Assembly: GCA_963778845.1 (NCBI GenBank)
Contig: CAVZVW010000009.1
Location: forward strand, 1,702,206 to 1,742,205
DNA: 40,000 nt
Direction of reading: 5' to 3'
Origin: an uncultured Actinomycetota bacterium
GTDB lineage: Bacteria; Actinomycetota; Actinomycetes; Actinomycetales; Kineosporiaceae
The translations under genes were made by a program, and so were the position numbers. Shown piece after piece: positions 19,279 through 29,548 of the stretch. The notes beneath the pieces were generated by a model. The model ran no database searches, had not been told where the DNA came from, and saw only the letters and a program-made list of their open reading frames with translations. Positions within the stretch are counted from its first letter, which is position 1. Each line of letters opens with the position of its first letter.

Positions 19279-19305
19279 CGCCGATCCCTCGACGGCGACG
19301 ACCCG

Positions 19306-20214
19306 CTAGCGTCCGCTACGGATGGTGGGGATGCCTACCTCGAGGACGACGTTGTCGATCAACCGGGTCGTGCCCACCCGCGCCGCGACGGCCAGCAGCG
19401 CCTCGCCGCGGTACCACTCGGGGACGTCGTCCAGTGACTGCGGGTGCACGAGCACGAGGTAGTCCACGACGCAGAGCGGCTCGGCGACCAGCACCGCCCG
19501 GGAGGCTCTCCGCACCGCACTCGCCCCTTCGCCGGCGGCGGCCTCGCCGGCCCGCAACGCCGTGGACAGCGTGAGAGCCACCTCGCGGTCCAGCGCGCTC
19601 AAGTGCATGTTGCGGCTGCTCATCGCCAGGCCGTCGGGCTCGCGCACCGTCGGGACGGCAACCACCTCGCAGCCGAAGTCGAGGTCGCGCACCATCCGAC
19701 GGATGAGCAACAGCTGCTGCGCGTCCTTCTGCCCGAAGTACGCCAGGCCAGGCCCGGTGAGGTGCAGGAGCTTCGCGACGACCGTCAGCACACCGTCGAA
19801 GTGGCCCGGGCGGCTCTTGCCCTCCAGCACGTCGCCGAGCCGGCCGGCGCCGACCCGCACGCTGGGGTCCCCCTCGGGGTAGACCACGTCGGGGCCCGGA
19901 GCGAAGACGAGGTCGACACCCTCGCGCGTGCAGAGCTCGAGGTCGGCGTCGAACGTGCGCGGGTACTTGGCGAGATCCTCCTTCGGCCCGAACTGCAGCG
20001 GGTTGAGGAAGATCGTGACGATCACGCTGTCGGCGTGGCGGCGGGCCTGCCTGACCAGCTCGACGTGCCCCTCGTGCAGCGCGCCCATGGTCATGACGAC
20101 CGCGACGGTGCCGGTCAGCCGGGCCCGTGCCGCTTCGAGCTCGGCCCGGGTGCGGGTGACCATCGGTCGATCCGGGGCCGCGCCCTGGTGCCCCTCCAGC
20201 GCCATGCCGGTCAC
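19306..20214 (-). CDS. panC: Pantoate--beta-alanine ligase
   Basis: ...[20 protein letters not shown]...[12 protein letters not shown]...[10 protein letters not shown]...MSSRN. GTGA overlap with the upstream gene. Confidence 0.92.
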   Translation of the reverse strand: MTGMALEGHQGAAPDRPMVTRTRAELEAARARLTGTVAVVMTMGALHEGHVELVRQARRHADSVIVTIFLNPLQFGPKEDLAKYPRTFDADLELCTREGVDLVFAPGPDVVYPEGDPSVRVGAGRLGDVLEGKSRPGHFDGVLTVVAKLLHLTGPGLAYFGQKDAQQLLLIRRMVRDLDFGCEVVAVPTVREPDGLAMSSRNMHLSALDREVALTLSTALRAGEAAAGEGASAVRRASRAVLVAEPLCVVDYLVLVHPQSLDDVPEWYRGEALLAVAARVGTTRLIDNVVLEVGIPTIRSGR

Positions 20215-21152
20215 GCTATCGGCCGACCCGGCGGGCGATCGTCGGCGAGTACCGTCAGCAGCGCCTCCGCCGCCGCCGGCTTCAGCCGCCCGCTTGCCAG
20301 TGCCCGGTCGGCCGTCGTGCGGGCGAGCGCCCGGTAGGTCGCCACCACCTGCGCCAGCCCAGCCGCGCTGATCGCCTCCAGGTGGACCGCGACCGTACCC
20401 GCGTCACCGCGCGAGACGGGACCGGTGAGGGCCGCGTCCCCCGAGCGCAGCGCGTTGTCCAGGGACGCCGACAGCAGGGGTGCGAGCACCCTCTGCGCCT
20501 GCTCGACACCGGCGGCACGCAGCACCTCCATCGCCTGGGCGACGAGCGTCACGAGGTGGTTCGCGCCGTGGGCCAGCGCCGCGTGGTAGAGCGGGCGCAG
20601 CTCCTCGTCGATCACCACCGGCTCCGCACCCATCTCGACGACCAGGGCCTGCGCGATGGGCAGCACCGCCGCCGGGGCGCTCACCCCGAAGCAGCAGTCG
20701 GCAAGGCGGCTGAGGTCGAGACTCGTGCCGGTGAAGGTCATGGCGGGATGCACTGCGAGCGGGATCACCCCGAGGGCCACCGCGTCACCCAGGATGCGCC
20801 AGCCGTGCCGGCCGGACGTGTGGACGGCGAGCTGTCCGGCCTGCCAGGCTCCCGTCGCGGCGAGGCCGCCCACGACGCCGGCCAGCGCGTCGTCCGGCAC
20901 GGTCAGCAGCACCAGCTCCGCGCGCTCGACGACCTCGGGCACCGTGAGCACGGGCACCCCCGGCAGCATCGCCTCGGCCCGCTCGCGGCTGGCGGCCGAG
21001 ACGGCGGAGACCCCCACCACCGCGTGCCCGGCGGCGCGCAGGGCGCTGGCCAGTACCGCACCGACGCGCCCCGCCCCCACGACACCGACCCCCAGCCGGC
21101 CCGGCCTGCTGGAAGGGTCGTCGACCACGTGCTCGCCCGCGTCCCCTGCCAC
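20211..21152 (-). CDS. Rossmann-fold / DUF2520 protein (oxidoreductase-like), the conserved panC neighbour
   Basis: [25 protein letters not shown], then ...[14 protein letters not shown]...TGPVSRGD. Same position as the gene upstream of panC in mycobacteria. Confidence 0.75.
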   Translation of the reverse strand: MAGDAGEHVVDDPSSRPGRLGVGVVGAGRVGAVLASALRAAGHAVVGVSAVSAASRERAEAMLPGVPVLTVPEVVERAELVLLTVPDDALAGVVGGLAATGAWQAGQLAVHTSGRHGWRILGDAVALGVIPLAVHPAMTFTGTSLDLSRLADCCFGVSAPAAVLPIAQALVVEMGAEPVVIDEELRPLYHAALAHGANHLVTLVAQAMEVLRAAGVEQAQRVLAPLLSASLDNALRSGDAALTGPVSRGDAGTVAVHLEAISAAGLAQVVATYRALARTTADRALASGRLKPAAAEALLTVLADDRPPGRPIA

Positions 21153-21177
21153 GAGGTGCGAGGCTAGCCTGACCCCC

Positions 21178-21903
21178 GTGGGACGTCATGAGCGGATAGC
21201 CGAGCTCGCCGACCTGACGACGCCCGGGCTCGAGGTGGCCGACCTCGCCTCGGGCGCGGGCCGGGTGGTGCGGGCGATGCTGGCGTCGGCCGTACCCACG
21301 GTGCGCATCCACGCCGTCGACGCCGCGTCGGGCCTCGACGACGACCTGCTGCACGACGAGCGCGTCCGCTCGGTCATCGCCGACCTCGACGAGCCGCTGC
21401 CGTTCGCCGACGCCGTGCTGGACCGTGTCGTGTCGCTCAACGTCGCCGAGCACCTCGCCGACCCGGCGGCCCACCTCGTCCAGTGCCATCGTGTGCTTCG
21501 CCCCGGCGGCAAGCTGGTGCTTGCGCACAGTGACTGGGACACGGCGTTGTTCGCGGGCGAGGACGACGTGCTGACCCGCACCCTCGTCGACCGGTTCGTC
21601 GCGATGGTGCCGCACTGGGCCGACCGCTCCGACGGCTTCATGGGGCGCAAGCTGCTCGGGCTCGCGCTGGCAGCCCCGTTCCAGGTGGTCTCGGTGGACA
21701 CCTGGGCCGACTGCCACCGGCGCTTCGACGCCGGGTCGGTCGGCTGGAAGGTCGCCGGTGGCGTCCTCGAGGCGGCCGCAGACGACCCCGACCTCGCTCG
21801 CCGGGCGAAGGGGTGGTTCGAGGGGCTGGCGAAGCTGGCCCGCGAGGACCGCTTCCTGTTCACGGTCACCGACGTCGCGCTCGTGCTGCTGCGCCGGTCG
21901 TGA
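21178..21903 (+). CDS. Class I SAM-dependent methyltransferase
   Basis: The only canonical start in frame is GTG 21178. Motif I-like VADLASGAGRV, then DRVVSLNVAEHLADP and LRPGGKLVL. Confidence 0.7.
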   Translation: MGRHERIAELADLTTPGLEVADLASGAGRVVRAMLASAVPTVRIHAVDAASGLDDDLLHDERVRSVIADLDEPLPFADAVLDRVVSLNVAEHLADPAAHLVQCHRVLRPGGKLVLAHSDWDTALFAGEDDVLTRTLVDRFVAMVPHWADRSDGFMGRKLLGLALAAPFQVVSVDTWADCHRRFDAGSVGWKVAGGVLEAAADDPDLARRAKGWFEGLAKLAREDRFLFTVTDVALVLLRRS

Positions 21904-22937
21904 GCCGGCGCTCGCCTCACGACGAGGTACTGCCCACCTGGCGCGCCGCGTGGCAGCAGGCGCTGTACGGCGACGGTGGCTTCTACCATCGCCCGGAAGG
22001 CCCGCGAGGCCATTTCCGAACGGCGTGCCACGCCGCGCCCGCCCAGGTCGGTGCCGCCATGGTCCGCCTCGCCAGGGCCGGCGGGTGCGGCGCCGTCGTC
22101 GATGTAGGGGCGGGCCGGGGCGAGCTGGTGGCGGCGATCGCGTCGCAGGCTCCCGACCTCCAGGTGCACGGCGTCGACGTCGTAGACCGCCCGCCGGGCC
22201 TGCCCGACGGCATCGGCTGGTCGCGCGGTCTCGAGCGGGTGCCCGCGGCGCTCGCCTCAGGTGCGACCCCCGTGCTGCTGATGGCCTGGGAGCTGCTCGA
22301 CAACATCGCCTGTGACGTCGTGGAGGTGGACGCCGCCGGTCTCGCGCGGGTGGTGACCGTGGACGTGGGCTCGGGCCGGGAGGTCCTGGGCGGGCGCATC
22401 CGCGGCGAGCTGGACGAGTGGTGCCGGCGCTGGTGGGCGCTGGACGGCGCGGAGCCCGGTTCGAGGGCGGAGGTGGGCGTCGAGCGCGACCGGGTGTGGG
22501 CGGAGCTGGTCTCGGGGCTGCCCCGGGGACTGCTGCTGGCCGTCGACTACGCCCATACCCGCGGCACCCGCCCGCGCGACGGTTCGCTCGCCGGGTTTCG
22601 CGGCGGCCGGATGCTCCCGCCGGTTCCGGACGGCTCCTGCGACATCACGGCGCACGTGGCTCTCGACGCGGTGGCTGCTGCGGGCCGAGCGTCCGGGGCC
22701 GGGACGCAGGTGCTGACGACCCAGCGCGAGGCGCTGCGCGTGCTGGGTGTGCGCCGCCGCACGCCCAGCGTCGGCGAGGACGCCGCCGCCCTGCTCGCCC
22801 GCTTGCAGCACGACGGCTGCGTCGCCGAGCTCATGGACCCGGGTGGCCTGGGTGGCTTCGGCTGGCTGCTCCAGGGCCGCGACGTCGAGATCCCGCTCGC
22901 TCTGGAGCGGCTCGGCGGCGGGGACCGCAGCGCGTAG
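21900..22937 (+). CDS. MidA/NDUFAF7-family (DUF185) SAM-dependent methyltransferase
   Basis: GTGA overlap with the previous gene. WRAAWQQALYGDGGFYHR...VVDVGAGRGEL...LLMAWELLDN...AVDYAH...GSCDITAHV. Confidence 0.7.
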   Translation: MSRRSPHDEVLPTWRAAWQQALYGDGGFYHRPEGPRGHFRTACHAAPAQVGAAMVRLARAGGCGAVVDVGAGRGELVAAIASQAPDLQVHGVDVVDRPPGLPDGIGWSRGLERVPAALASGATPVLLMAWELLDNIACDVVEVDAAGLARVVTVDVGSGREVLGGRIRGELDEWCRRWWALDGAEPGSRAEVGVERDRVWAELVSGLPRGLLLAVDYAHTRGTRPRDGSLAGFRGGRMLPPVPDGSCDITAHVALDAVAAAGRASGAGTQVLTTQREALRVLGVRRRTPSVGEDAAALLARLQHDGCVAELMDPGGLGGFGWLLQGRDVEIPLALERLGGGDRSA

Positions 22938-22971
22938 CGCTCGGGCGTGTCTGGTGGACCGTCACGCAGAC

Positions 22972-23619
22972 TCACATCCCGAAGTGCGTGCGGTGGACGG
23001 TCGCGACAGCCTCCGCCGCCCCGGTCACCTCGACCTGCGCGGCGGTCGAGCGTCCGAAGAGGTAGAGGAGAAGCTCGCCGGGCGGCCCGATCAGCCGAGC
23101 ACTGGGTTCGCCCTTCCGAACCGTGCTGCACTCGGTGGTTCCCACCCACTCGATCTCCAGCCCGACCCCGCGCAGCCTGCGGCTCAGGTAGCGGCTACCT
23201 CGGCAGACGTTTCGCCACAACGCAGCCTCCAAGGCGGGCGTCAGCGTGTCGCGGGGGCTCAAGCCGTTCGCTCTGCGCACGTCCTCCTGGTGGACGAAGA
23301 ACTCGTTCAGGCTCGGGAAGGAGCGAACCCATCCGATGCGGAAGAACCCAGGAGGTGGGCCCGACCGGATCCGCCCGACGAGCCACCCGAACTCCCGCTT
23401 CTCCGCCAGCCTCACCCTGCGGCGCTCGGCGAACCGTTGGAACGGCCCCGGAAGGACCATGCAGGGGCCGGCGATGAGATCGTGCTCACGAAGCACGAGG
23501 TGAGCGGCGAGGTCGTGCCCGGTCCAGCCCTCCAGCAGCGTGGGTGCGTCGCCGCCGAGCTCGTCGAAGAGCTCGCATAGCGCGAGGCGCTCCTGCGCGT
23601 CCAACGGAAGATCACCCAT
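22972..23619 (-). CDS. DinB/maleylpyruvate-isomerase-like metal-binding protein (TIGR03085-like)
   Basis: 215 aa: MGDLPLDAQERLALCELFDELGGDAPTLLEGWTGHDLAAHLVLRE...FFVHQEDVRRAN... Confidence 0.65.
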   Translation of the reverse strand: MGDLPLDAQERLALCELFDELGGDAPTLLEGWTGHDLAAHLVLREHDLIAGPCMVLPGPFQRFAERRRVRLAEKREFGWLVGRIRSGPPPGFFRIGWVRSFPSLNEFFVHQEDVRRANGLSPRDTLTPALEAALWRNVCRGSRYLSRRLRGVGLEIEWVGTTECSTVRKGEPSARLIGPPGELLLYLFGRSTAAQVEVTGAAEAVATVHRTHFGM

Positions 23620-25122
23620 CTACGGGGTCGACGGCTCCATCCATCGCTCGGGCCCGGCGACGGCCCGAGCACGGCGAGCCCGCTCGGCCTGCGCCGCTAC
23701 CAGCGCGGCCGCTGCGTGCTCCTCGAGGTGCGGCACCAGCGGCGTGACCGGCCCGGGGGTCGAGTGCAGGACGAACGTGGCGAGCCCGAGCCGGCGTTCG
23801 AGCGGGCCCTGTCGCAGTCCGCAGCTCTGCGTCTTGACGTGCGGTACGACGTCGACATAGCGGTAGAGCCTTCCTCGCCGGACGAGCAGGGCCGCACCTG
23901 TCACGCGGTACCCCGTGCGCCGGACGACGATGGGGTCGAGCCAGCGGGCCGACCGGGGGGACCCCACGAAGCCGTGCCCGTTCCCGTGACCCGACATGGC
24001 CGCTTCGACGACCTCCCGGGGGGTGTCGGGGCCGACGTCACCGAGGTCGGGCAGCACGAGCGCGACGAGCCCGATCGCCTCGCCCCGGGTACCGACCGGC
24101 AGCAGCGTGCTCTCAGTGTCTCGGGCGCTCTCCCTGCCCGCGCCGTAGCCCGCCACGTTCACCCGTACCCGCCACCAGTCGACCCGTCTCCAGAGCAGTG
24201 GCTGCTCCAGCCTCAGGGCCTGAAGCCGGCCCGGCGGCACCGTCTGCGCCCGCTGCTCGAGGAGGCCGTGGCGCAGTCGCAGCCCGTCCGGTGAGGTCGC
24301 CACACGGAAGTGGAACCCGCCGTTGAAGCGGGCCCACAACAGGCTCCCCGAGCCCAGGGCCAGCGGGATGATGACGGTGAGGGGGCCGAGGTTCCCCAGG
24401 GCGACGGCCCCTCCGCTCAGGGCCACGACAAGCACACCGACGGTCACGGCGGCTCCGGACAGGACCAGAGACAGCAGCAGGCGCGCCATCGGCACCTCGA
24501 GGACCTGGTGCTCCGGCGCCTGGGGGGCCTCGTGCGTGTCGTAGTGCAGCCCCGCGGCGCGGGCCAGGAGGTGGGCCCGCAGGCTGCCGGCCTCCTTCTC
24601 CGTGAGGAAGGACAGCGCGATCTTCGAGTCGCCCGCCCCCGCCACCTCGAGCGTGAGCTGAGCCAGCCCGAACAACCGCGCCACGAACGGCTGCACGACG
24701 TCCACGGCCTGCAGCCGGTCCAGTCGCGCCCGCCGCTGCTGGCGGAACAGCACGCCGCTGTGCAGCTCCAGCGCCTCCGCCGTCACGCGGTAGCGCGTCA
24801 TCCGCCACGAGAGGACGGCGAAGCCGATGCCCGCCAGGAGCACGAGGAGCAGGACCAGCCCGCCTCCGGCCAGGACGCGACCCCCGAGCCTCGGCACCTT
24901 GGAACCGACATCGGGGACCGAGCCGTCCTGCAGGGACTTCTGCCCGAAGTCCTGGGCCAGGAAGAACAGCACCACGACGAGGACGCGCCACGAGCGGACA
25001 GCCGGCGTCAGCGGGTGCATCCGTCGCCAGGCGAGGTCGACGGGTTGGCGAGGGTCGGCGCCGGCTCGCGGCTCGACGACGTTATGGGGGTCGAGCGGCG
25101 TGGGCTGGTCGGGGCTCGTCAC
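23620..25122 (-). CDS. Membrane protein with repeated bacterial PH (bPH_2, YdbT-like) domains
   Basis: 500 aa. Three repeats of TM hairpin plus a PH-like module (...[33 protein letters not shown]...). Its start overlaps the stop of the YdbS-like gene (GTGA). Confidence 0.75.
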   Translation of the reverse strand: MTSPDQPTPLDPHNVVEPRAGADPRQPVDLAWRRMHPLTPAVRSWRVLVVVLFFLAQDFGQKSLQDGSVPDVGSKVPRLGGRVLAGGGLVLLLVLLAGIGFAVLSWRMTRYRVTAEALELHSGVLFRQQRRARLDRLQAVDVVQPFVARLFGLAQLTLEVAGAGDSKIALSFLTEKEAGSLRAHLLARAAGLHYDTHEAPQAPEHQVLEVPMARLLLSLVLSGAAVTVGVLVVALSGGAVALGNLGPLTVIIPLALGSGSLLWARFNGGFHFRVATSPDGLRLRHGLLEQRAQTVPPGRLQALRLEQPLLWRRVDWWRVRVNVAGYGAGRESARDTESTLLPVGTRGEAIGLVALVLPDLGDVGPDTPREVVEAAMSGHGNGHGFVGSPRSARWLDPIVVRRTGYRVTGAALLVRRGRLYRYVDVVPHVKTQSCGLRQGPLERRLGLATFVLHSTPGPVTPLVPHLEEHAAAALVAAQAERARRARAVAGPERWMEPSTP

Positions 25123-25703
25123 AGACCCGCCAGCCGGGCCTGGCCCCGCGAGGCGAGCTGGTCACGAAGCCGGGAGGCCTCCTCGGGGCGCAGCCCGGGG
25201 ATCACGGCGTCGGTCGCGGCCGCGGCGGTGTGCAGCTGCACCTTGGCGATGTCGAATGCCCGGTCGATCGGCCCGGCCTGGACGTCCACGTACTGCATGC
25301 GTCCGTAGGGGACGACGACGAGCTCGCGCCACATGATCCCGTGCCGGACGATCAGGTCGTCCTCGCGCTCGACGTAACCCCATGCCGGGACCTGGCGTCC
25401 GATGATCCACCAGGCCCAGGCGGCGGCCAGGGCCAGCACCAGGGCGGGGATCGTCAGCAGCACCCACTGCGCGGCGGCAGCAGCAACGAGGAACCCCGCC
25501 ACGGGAAGGCCGGTCAGGGTGAGCACGAGCACGCGGCGAGCCGTCGCCAGCCGAGGGGACACCCTCGTCCAGACGACGCCGTCGGGGTCGAACGGCTGCT
25601 GCTGGGCGGGCATGTCGTCAGCATCGCACAGCACTCTGACGGCTCGACCGTACGCGAACCGGCCGGCCGGTGCGGCCTCCTCGTCGCCCATGACGGGTGT
25701 CAC
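25119..25703 (-). CDS. YdbS-like PH-domain (DUF304) membrane protein
   Basis: TM hairpin, then ...[50 protein letters not shown]. An alternative start is ATG 25691. Confidence 0.75.
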   Translation of the reverse strand: MTPVMGDEEAAPAGRFAYGRAVRVLCDADDMPAQQQPFDPDGVVWTRVSPRLATARRVLVLTLTGLPVAGFLVAAAAAQWVLLTIPALVLALAAAWAWWIIGRQVPAWGYVEREDDLIVRHGIMWRELVVVPYGRMQYVDVQAGPIDRAFDIAKVQLHTAAAATDAVIPGLRPEEASRLRDQLASRGQARLAGL

Positions 25704-25724
25704 GGCCTGGGCGCGGTCACGCCG

Positions 25725-26942
25725 GTGACCTCACATGGCAGACTGCCCGACGTGGACGCCTCCTCCGCCGGCACCGCACTCACCCGCGAGCGCTCGCTGA
25801 CCGTGGGGGTCGGCGCCGGCAGCCTCGCGACGTCCGACATGGTCCTCAACATCGGGCCGCAGCACCCGGCCACCCATGGGGTGCTGCGGTTGCGCATCCT
25901 CGTGGACGGCGAGCGCATCATCTCGGCCGAGCCGATCGTCGGCTACATGCACCGGGGCGCCGAGAAGCTGTTCGAGGTGCGGGACTACCGCCAGATCATC
26001 GTGCTCGCGAACCGGCACGACTGGCTCTCGGCCTTCGCCAACGAGCTCGGCGTCGTGCTGGCCGCCGAACGCATGCTCGGCATGGAGGTCCCCGAGCGAG
26101 CCGTATGGGCGAGAACCCTGCTCGCCGAGCTCAACCGCATCCTCAGCCACCTGGTGTTCCTCGGTTCCTACCCGTTGGAGCTCGGTGCGATCACGCCCGT
26201 GTTCTACGCGTTCCGTGAGCGCGAGGAGCTCCAGGCCGTGATGGAGGAGATCTCGGGCGGGCGGATGCACTACATGTTCAACCGCGTGGGCGGGATCAAG
26301 GAGGACATGCCGGCCGGCTGGCTGGGCCGGGTCAGCACCGCGATCGCCGCGGTCCGCCGGCGGATGCCCGAGCTCGAAGGGCTGATCGCCACGAACGAGA
26401 TCGTCCGCGTGCGCACTCGTGGCGTGGGGGTCCTGGACAAGGAGCTGGCTGCGAGCTTCGGCGTCAGCGGACCGATCGCCCGAGCGGGCGGCCTCGACGT
26501 CGACATCCGCCGGGACGAGCCGTACCTGGCCTACGCCGAGCTCTTCGCCCCCGGAGGACCGGGCCGCGTGGTGACGCGGACGCAGGGTGACTGCCTGGCG
26601 CGCCTCGAGGTGCTGCTGGAGCAGGTGCACGTGAGCCTCGACCTGGCTCAGGCGTGCGTCGAACGCCTCCGACTCATGGCGCCGGGCCCGGTGAACCAAC
26701 GGCTGCCCAAGGTGCTGCGAGTACCCGAGGGCCACATGTACCAGCTCACCGAGAACCCCCTGGGGATCAACGGGTACTACCTCGTCTCTCGCGGGGACAA
26801 GGTGCCGTGGCGGCTGAAGCTGCGCTCGGCGTCCTTCAACAACGTGCAGGTGCTGTCGCGGATGCTCCCCGGGTGCCTGGTCGCCGACATGGTGGCGATC
26901 ATGGGATCGATGTTCTTCGTCGTGGGCGACGTCGACAAGTAG
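25725..26942 (+). CDS. nuoD: Orphan NADH-quinone oxidoreductase subunit D (NuoD/49-kDa)-like protein
   Basis: Full-length NuoD signature: [47 protein letters not shown]-terminal [20 protein letters not shown]. Start options are GTG 25725, 25752 or 25803, or ATG 25839. No other nuo genes lie next to it. Confidence 0.8.
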   Translation: MTSHGRLPDVDASSAGTALTRERSLTVGVGAGSLATSDMVLNIGPQHPATHGVLRLRILVDGERIISAEPIVGYMHRGAEKLFEVRDYRQIIVLANRHDWLSAFANELGVVLAAERMLGMEVPERAVWARTLLAELNRILSHLVFLGSYPLELGAITPVFYAFREREELQAVMEEISGGRMHYMFNRVGGIKEDMPAGWLGRVSTAIAAVRRRMPELEGLIATNEIVRVRTRGVGVLDKELAASFGVSGPIARAGGLDVDIRRDEPYLAYAELFAPGGPGRVVTRTQGDCLARLEVLLEQVHVSLDLAQACVERLRLMAPGPVNQRLPKVLRVPEGHMYQLTENPLGINGYYLVSRGDKVPWRLKLRSASFNNVQVLSRMLPGCLVADMVAIMGSMFFVVGDVDK

Positions 26943-26983
26943 CCGCGAGCCCGTCGGCCCGTCCGGACGAACCGCGGACGCAC

Positions 26984-27928
26984 TCAGGCCGTGTGGCGAC
27001 CCGGCCCCGCGACGCTCAGACGCAGCTCGCCGGTCGGGGGTCCGACGTGGCGCCCCTCCGCCGGCGGCGCGCCGGGCGTGCCTTCCAGGGTGAGCGTGAG
27101 CTCGTCCGCGTCGGCGGTGGCCAGTGCGGCGTACACCCGATCCTCGACGGCACCGACGGGCAGTGGCAGAGGCGACGTGGTGGGTGAGGCGATGCCGCGC
27201 AGGTCGATCACCGCGGCCACCCCCCGCAACGGCGTGACCGGCGATGCGCCCGCGGGAGCCGCTTGCGAGCGAGCCGGCACCCCCGGCACCGACCGCGGCA
27301 CGAACATGGGCGCCGCCCGGCGGTCCCGCGGCGGGATCGCAGCGACCATGCGGGTCCGTGCGGCGGCACCCGGCGAGGGCGTCGCCGTCGTCGCGCGCGC
27401 CGTCCATGGCTCGGGTACAAGGTGATGCTCGGGTTCCACGCGCGGCTGCGGCTGTGCCCGCGGCTGGACCGTCGGCGGTGCGACCACCAGTGGTGGGCCC
27501 ACCAGTCCCGGAACAGCCGAACGGAGGCGCAACGGCTTGGTCTCCGCGTCGGCGCGGGGCGCGGGGCGCGCGGGGCGGGTGTCGAGCACCGCCCGGCGGG
27601 CCAGGGAGACCTCTTCGGTCAGCTGCTGGATCTGGTGCCTCATCTGCTCCAGAGCCACCGAGAACGTGTTCCGCTCGAGTCGGTGACGCACGCGTTCACG
27701 GCGAAGTCGACGGCCGACTGCTCGGGACTGCATCGTCTCGACGGCCACGCCGGCCGCAGCGCAGACGGCGCCGGCGGCCGCGACTGCCGGATGCGAGCCC
27801 ACCAGCCCCAGCGCCCCGAGAGCGAGTCCGACCAGGGCCGCGGCCCGCGACGAGAGCAACGCCGCCGCGGCCAACGCCGTCGGTATCGGGCGGCGCCGGG
27901 CTCGCTGCGCTGAGTGACGTCCGGACAC
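26984..27928 (-). CDS. Hypothetical membrane-anchored, Pro-rich protein with a short coiled-coil
   Basis: 314 aa. N-terminal hydrophobic segments, then FSVALEQMRHQIQQLTEEVSLARRAVL, then a P/A/R-rich tail. Third-position G/C bias is fairly high. I recognise no family. Confidence 0.45.
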   Translation of the reverse strand: MSGRHSAQRARRRPIPTALAAAALLSSRAAALVGLALGALGLVGSHPAVAAAGAVCAAAGVAVETMQSRAVGRRLRRERVRHRLERNTFSVALEQMRHQIQQLTEEVSLARRAVLDTRPARPAPRADAETKPLRLRSAVPGLVGPPLVVAPPTVQPRAQPQPRVEPEHHLVPEPWTARATTATPSPGAAARTRMVAAIPPRDRRAAPMFVPRSVPGVPARSQAAPAGASPVTPLRGVAAVIDLRGIASPTTSPLPLPVGAVEDRVYAALATADADELTLTLEGTPGAPPAEGRHVGPPTGELRLSVAGPGRHTA

Positions 27929-28041
27929 GGCGCCAGCCTAGGGCCGTCTCCCGGCTGATTCCGGGAACGGCCCAGGTCAGCGGCGTGTCCGCGGCCGACG
28001 ACCGAGTGCGCGGGGCGTCACGGCGCGCGACGGCCAGATCC

Positions 28042-28527
28042 TTACGCGCCGGTGTCCTGACCCTCGGCACCGTCGCCGGCGTCGAGGTCGTCGCCGGGCG
28101 GGACGCGGCACCAGCGCTGCACCACCAGGCCGGCCGCCGCGACGGCGGCCGCACACGCGGCCGCGGCAAGCGCCATGACCAGCCGGGTGCGCCGGGCACC
28201 CACGACATCCGGCAGGACCGTCAGGGCCTGGGCGGCGTACCACCCGCACAGGAGGGCACCCGCGTACGCAGCGGCCTTCCCCAGGACGGCGGTGCGCGCG
28301 GCCGTCAGGGGGTCCAGTCTGCGATCACGCCGGCCGTGCTGCCAGCGCCGGACGGGCAACCCCGCCGCGACCACGACCATCGCCAGGGCCGCGAGCCCGG
28401 CCACCGCCGTCCACGGCACCGGCAGTGGGTCTCCCCCGGCTCCCGCCCACGCGGCGAGCGCCAGCCATCCAAGCCCGCAGGTGACAGCGGCGATGACCGC
28501 CATCACCGGCAGCCGCGCCGGCTTCAC
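28042..28527 (-). CDS. DUF3180-like membrane protein (conserved gene downstream of folK)
   Basis: GTG at 28527 forms a GTGA overlap with the folK stop. 161 aa with four hydrophobic helices. Same position as the gene after folK in other Actinobacteria. Confidence 0.7.
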   Translation of the reverse strand: MKPARLPVMAVIAAVTCGLGWLALAAWAGAGGDPLPVPWTAVAGLAALAMVVVAAGLPVRRWQHGRRDRRLDPLTAARTAVLGKAAAYAGALLCGWYAAQALTVLPDVVGARRTRLVMALAAAACAAAVAAAGLVVQRWCRVPPGDDLDAGDGAEGQDTGA

Positions 28528-29084
28528 GGCTCCACCTCGAGCGCGACGTCGTCGCGCACACGTACCCCGGGACGGTCCATGGCCGCCTCGGCAAGGTCGC
28601 CGACACGCTGGAGGCCGCCTGCCGTGGGCAGGCATGCCTGCGGATCCGCCAGTGCCCACGGCAGCAGCACGAAGGCACGCTCGTGCGCCCTCGGGTGCGG
28701 AATGACGAGAACGGCCGACTCGGCGACCAGGTCGTCATACGCGATCACGTCCACGTCGAGCGTGCGTGGGCCCCAGCGCGCCTCCCGAACGCGGCCGTGG
28801 TCGCCCTCCACTCGCTGGCATGCGGCCAGCAGAGCCAGCGGCGACAGCGATGTCGTCACCAACACCACTGCGTTGAGGAAGTCCGGCTGCACCGGGCCGC
28901 CGACGGGTTCGGTCTCGACGACCGGCGACACCGCCCGAACTCGCAGGCCCTCGAACGCCCGAATCTCCGCGACCGCTGAGCGCAGCGTGGCCGCCCGGTC
29001 CCCGAGGTTGCTCCCCAGGGCCAGGACGGCGGGAACGGAGGCCTCGGGTTGCTGGTCAAGGCCTGCCGACGTCGGGAGGCTCAC
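28524..29084 (-). CDS. folK: 2-amino-4-hydroxy-6-hydroxymethyldihydropteridine diphosphokinase
   Basis: ...AVLALGSNLGDR..., SPVVETEPVGGPVQPDFLNAVV, RWGPRTLDVDVI, IPHPRAHERAFVLLP. GTGA overlap with folB. Confidence 0.9.
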   Translation of the reverse strand: MSLPTSAGLDQQPEASVPAVLALGSNLGDRAATLRSAVAEIRAFEGLRVRAVSPVVETEPVGGPVQPDFLNAVVLVTTSLSPLALLAACQRVEGDHGRVREARWGPRTLDVDVIAYDDLVAESAVLVIPHPRAHERAFVLLPWALADPQACLPTAGGLQRVGDLAEAAMDRPGVRVRDDVALEVEP

Positions 29085-29548
29085 CCCGGCCCGGCCACGG
29101 CGTCGTCCGGTGCCGCTCGCGCGACGTCCGCCCCCCGCGGAAGGTCCTCACGCGTGCGCCGCACAGCGACCACGACATCGCCGAACGCCTCGGTCAGGGG
29201 AGCCTGCGGCTTGTGGACGGTGACGTCGACCGCGACGACGCGGCGGTCGGCGAGGCAGGCGAGCGCGATGCGAGCCGCGAGGGTCTCGACCAGCCGCACG
29301 GCCGGGCCGCGAACGACGTCGAGCACGGCGACGGCAAGCCCCCCGTAGTCGACGGTGTCGACGAGCTCGTCGGTGGCCCCGGCGGGTCGGCAGTCCAGGT
29401 GCAGGGTCACGTCGACACCGAACTCCTGACCGTCGCGGCGTTCGTGGTCGAGGACGCCGTGACGACCACGAGCCGTGAGCCCGACCAGGCATACCTGGTC
29501 CAACGGTCGACCGGTGCCGTCGACCACCAGTGCCGACGGGAAGCTCAT
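29081..29548 (-). CDS. folB: Dihydroneopterin aldolase
   Basis: ...GLTARGRHGVLDHERRDGQEFGVDVTL...TVDYGGLA...VDVTVHKPQAP. ATGA overlap with folP. Confidence 0.88.
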   Translation of the reverse strand: MSFPSALVVDGTGRPLDQVCLVGLTARGRHGVLDHERRDGQEFGVDVTLHLDCRPAGATDELVDTVDYGGLAVAVLDVVRGPAVRLVETLAARIALACLADRRVVAVDVTVHKPQAPLTEAFGDVVVAVRRTREDLPRGADVARAAPDDAVAGPG

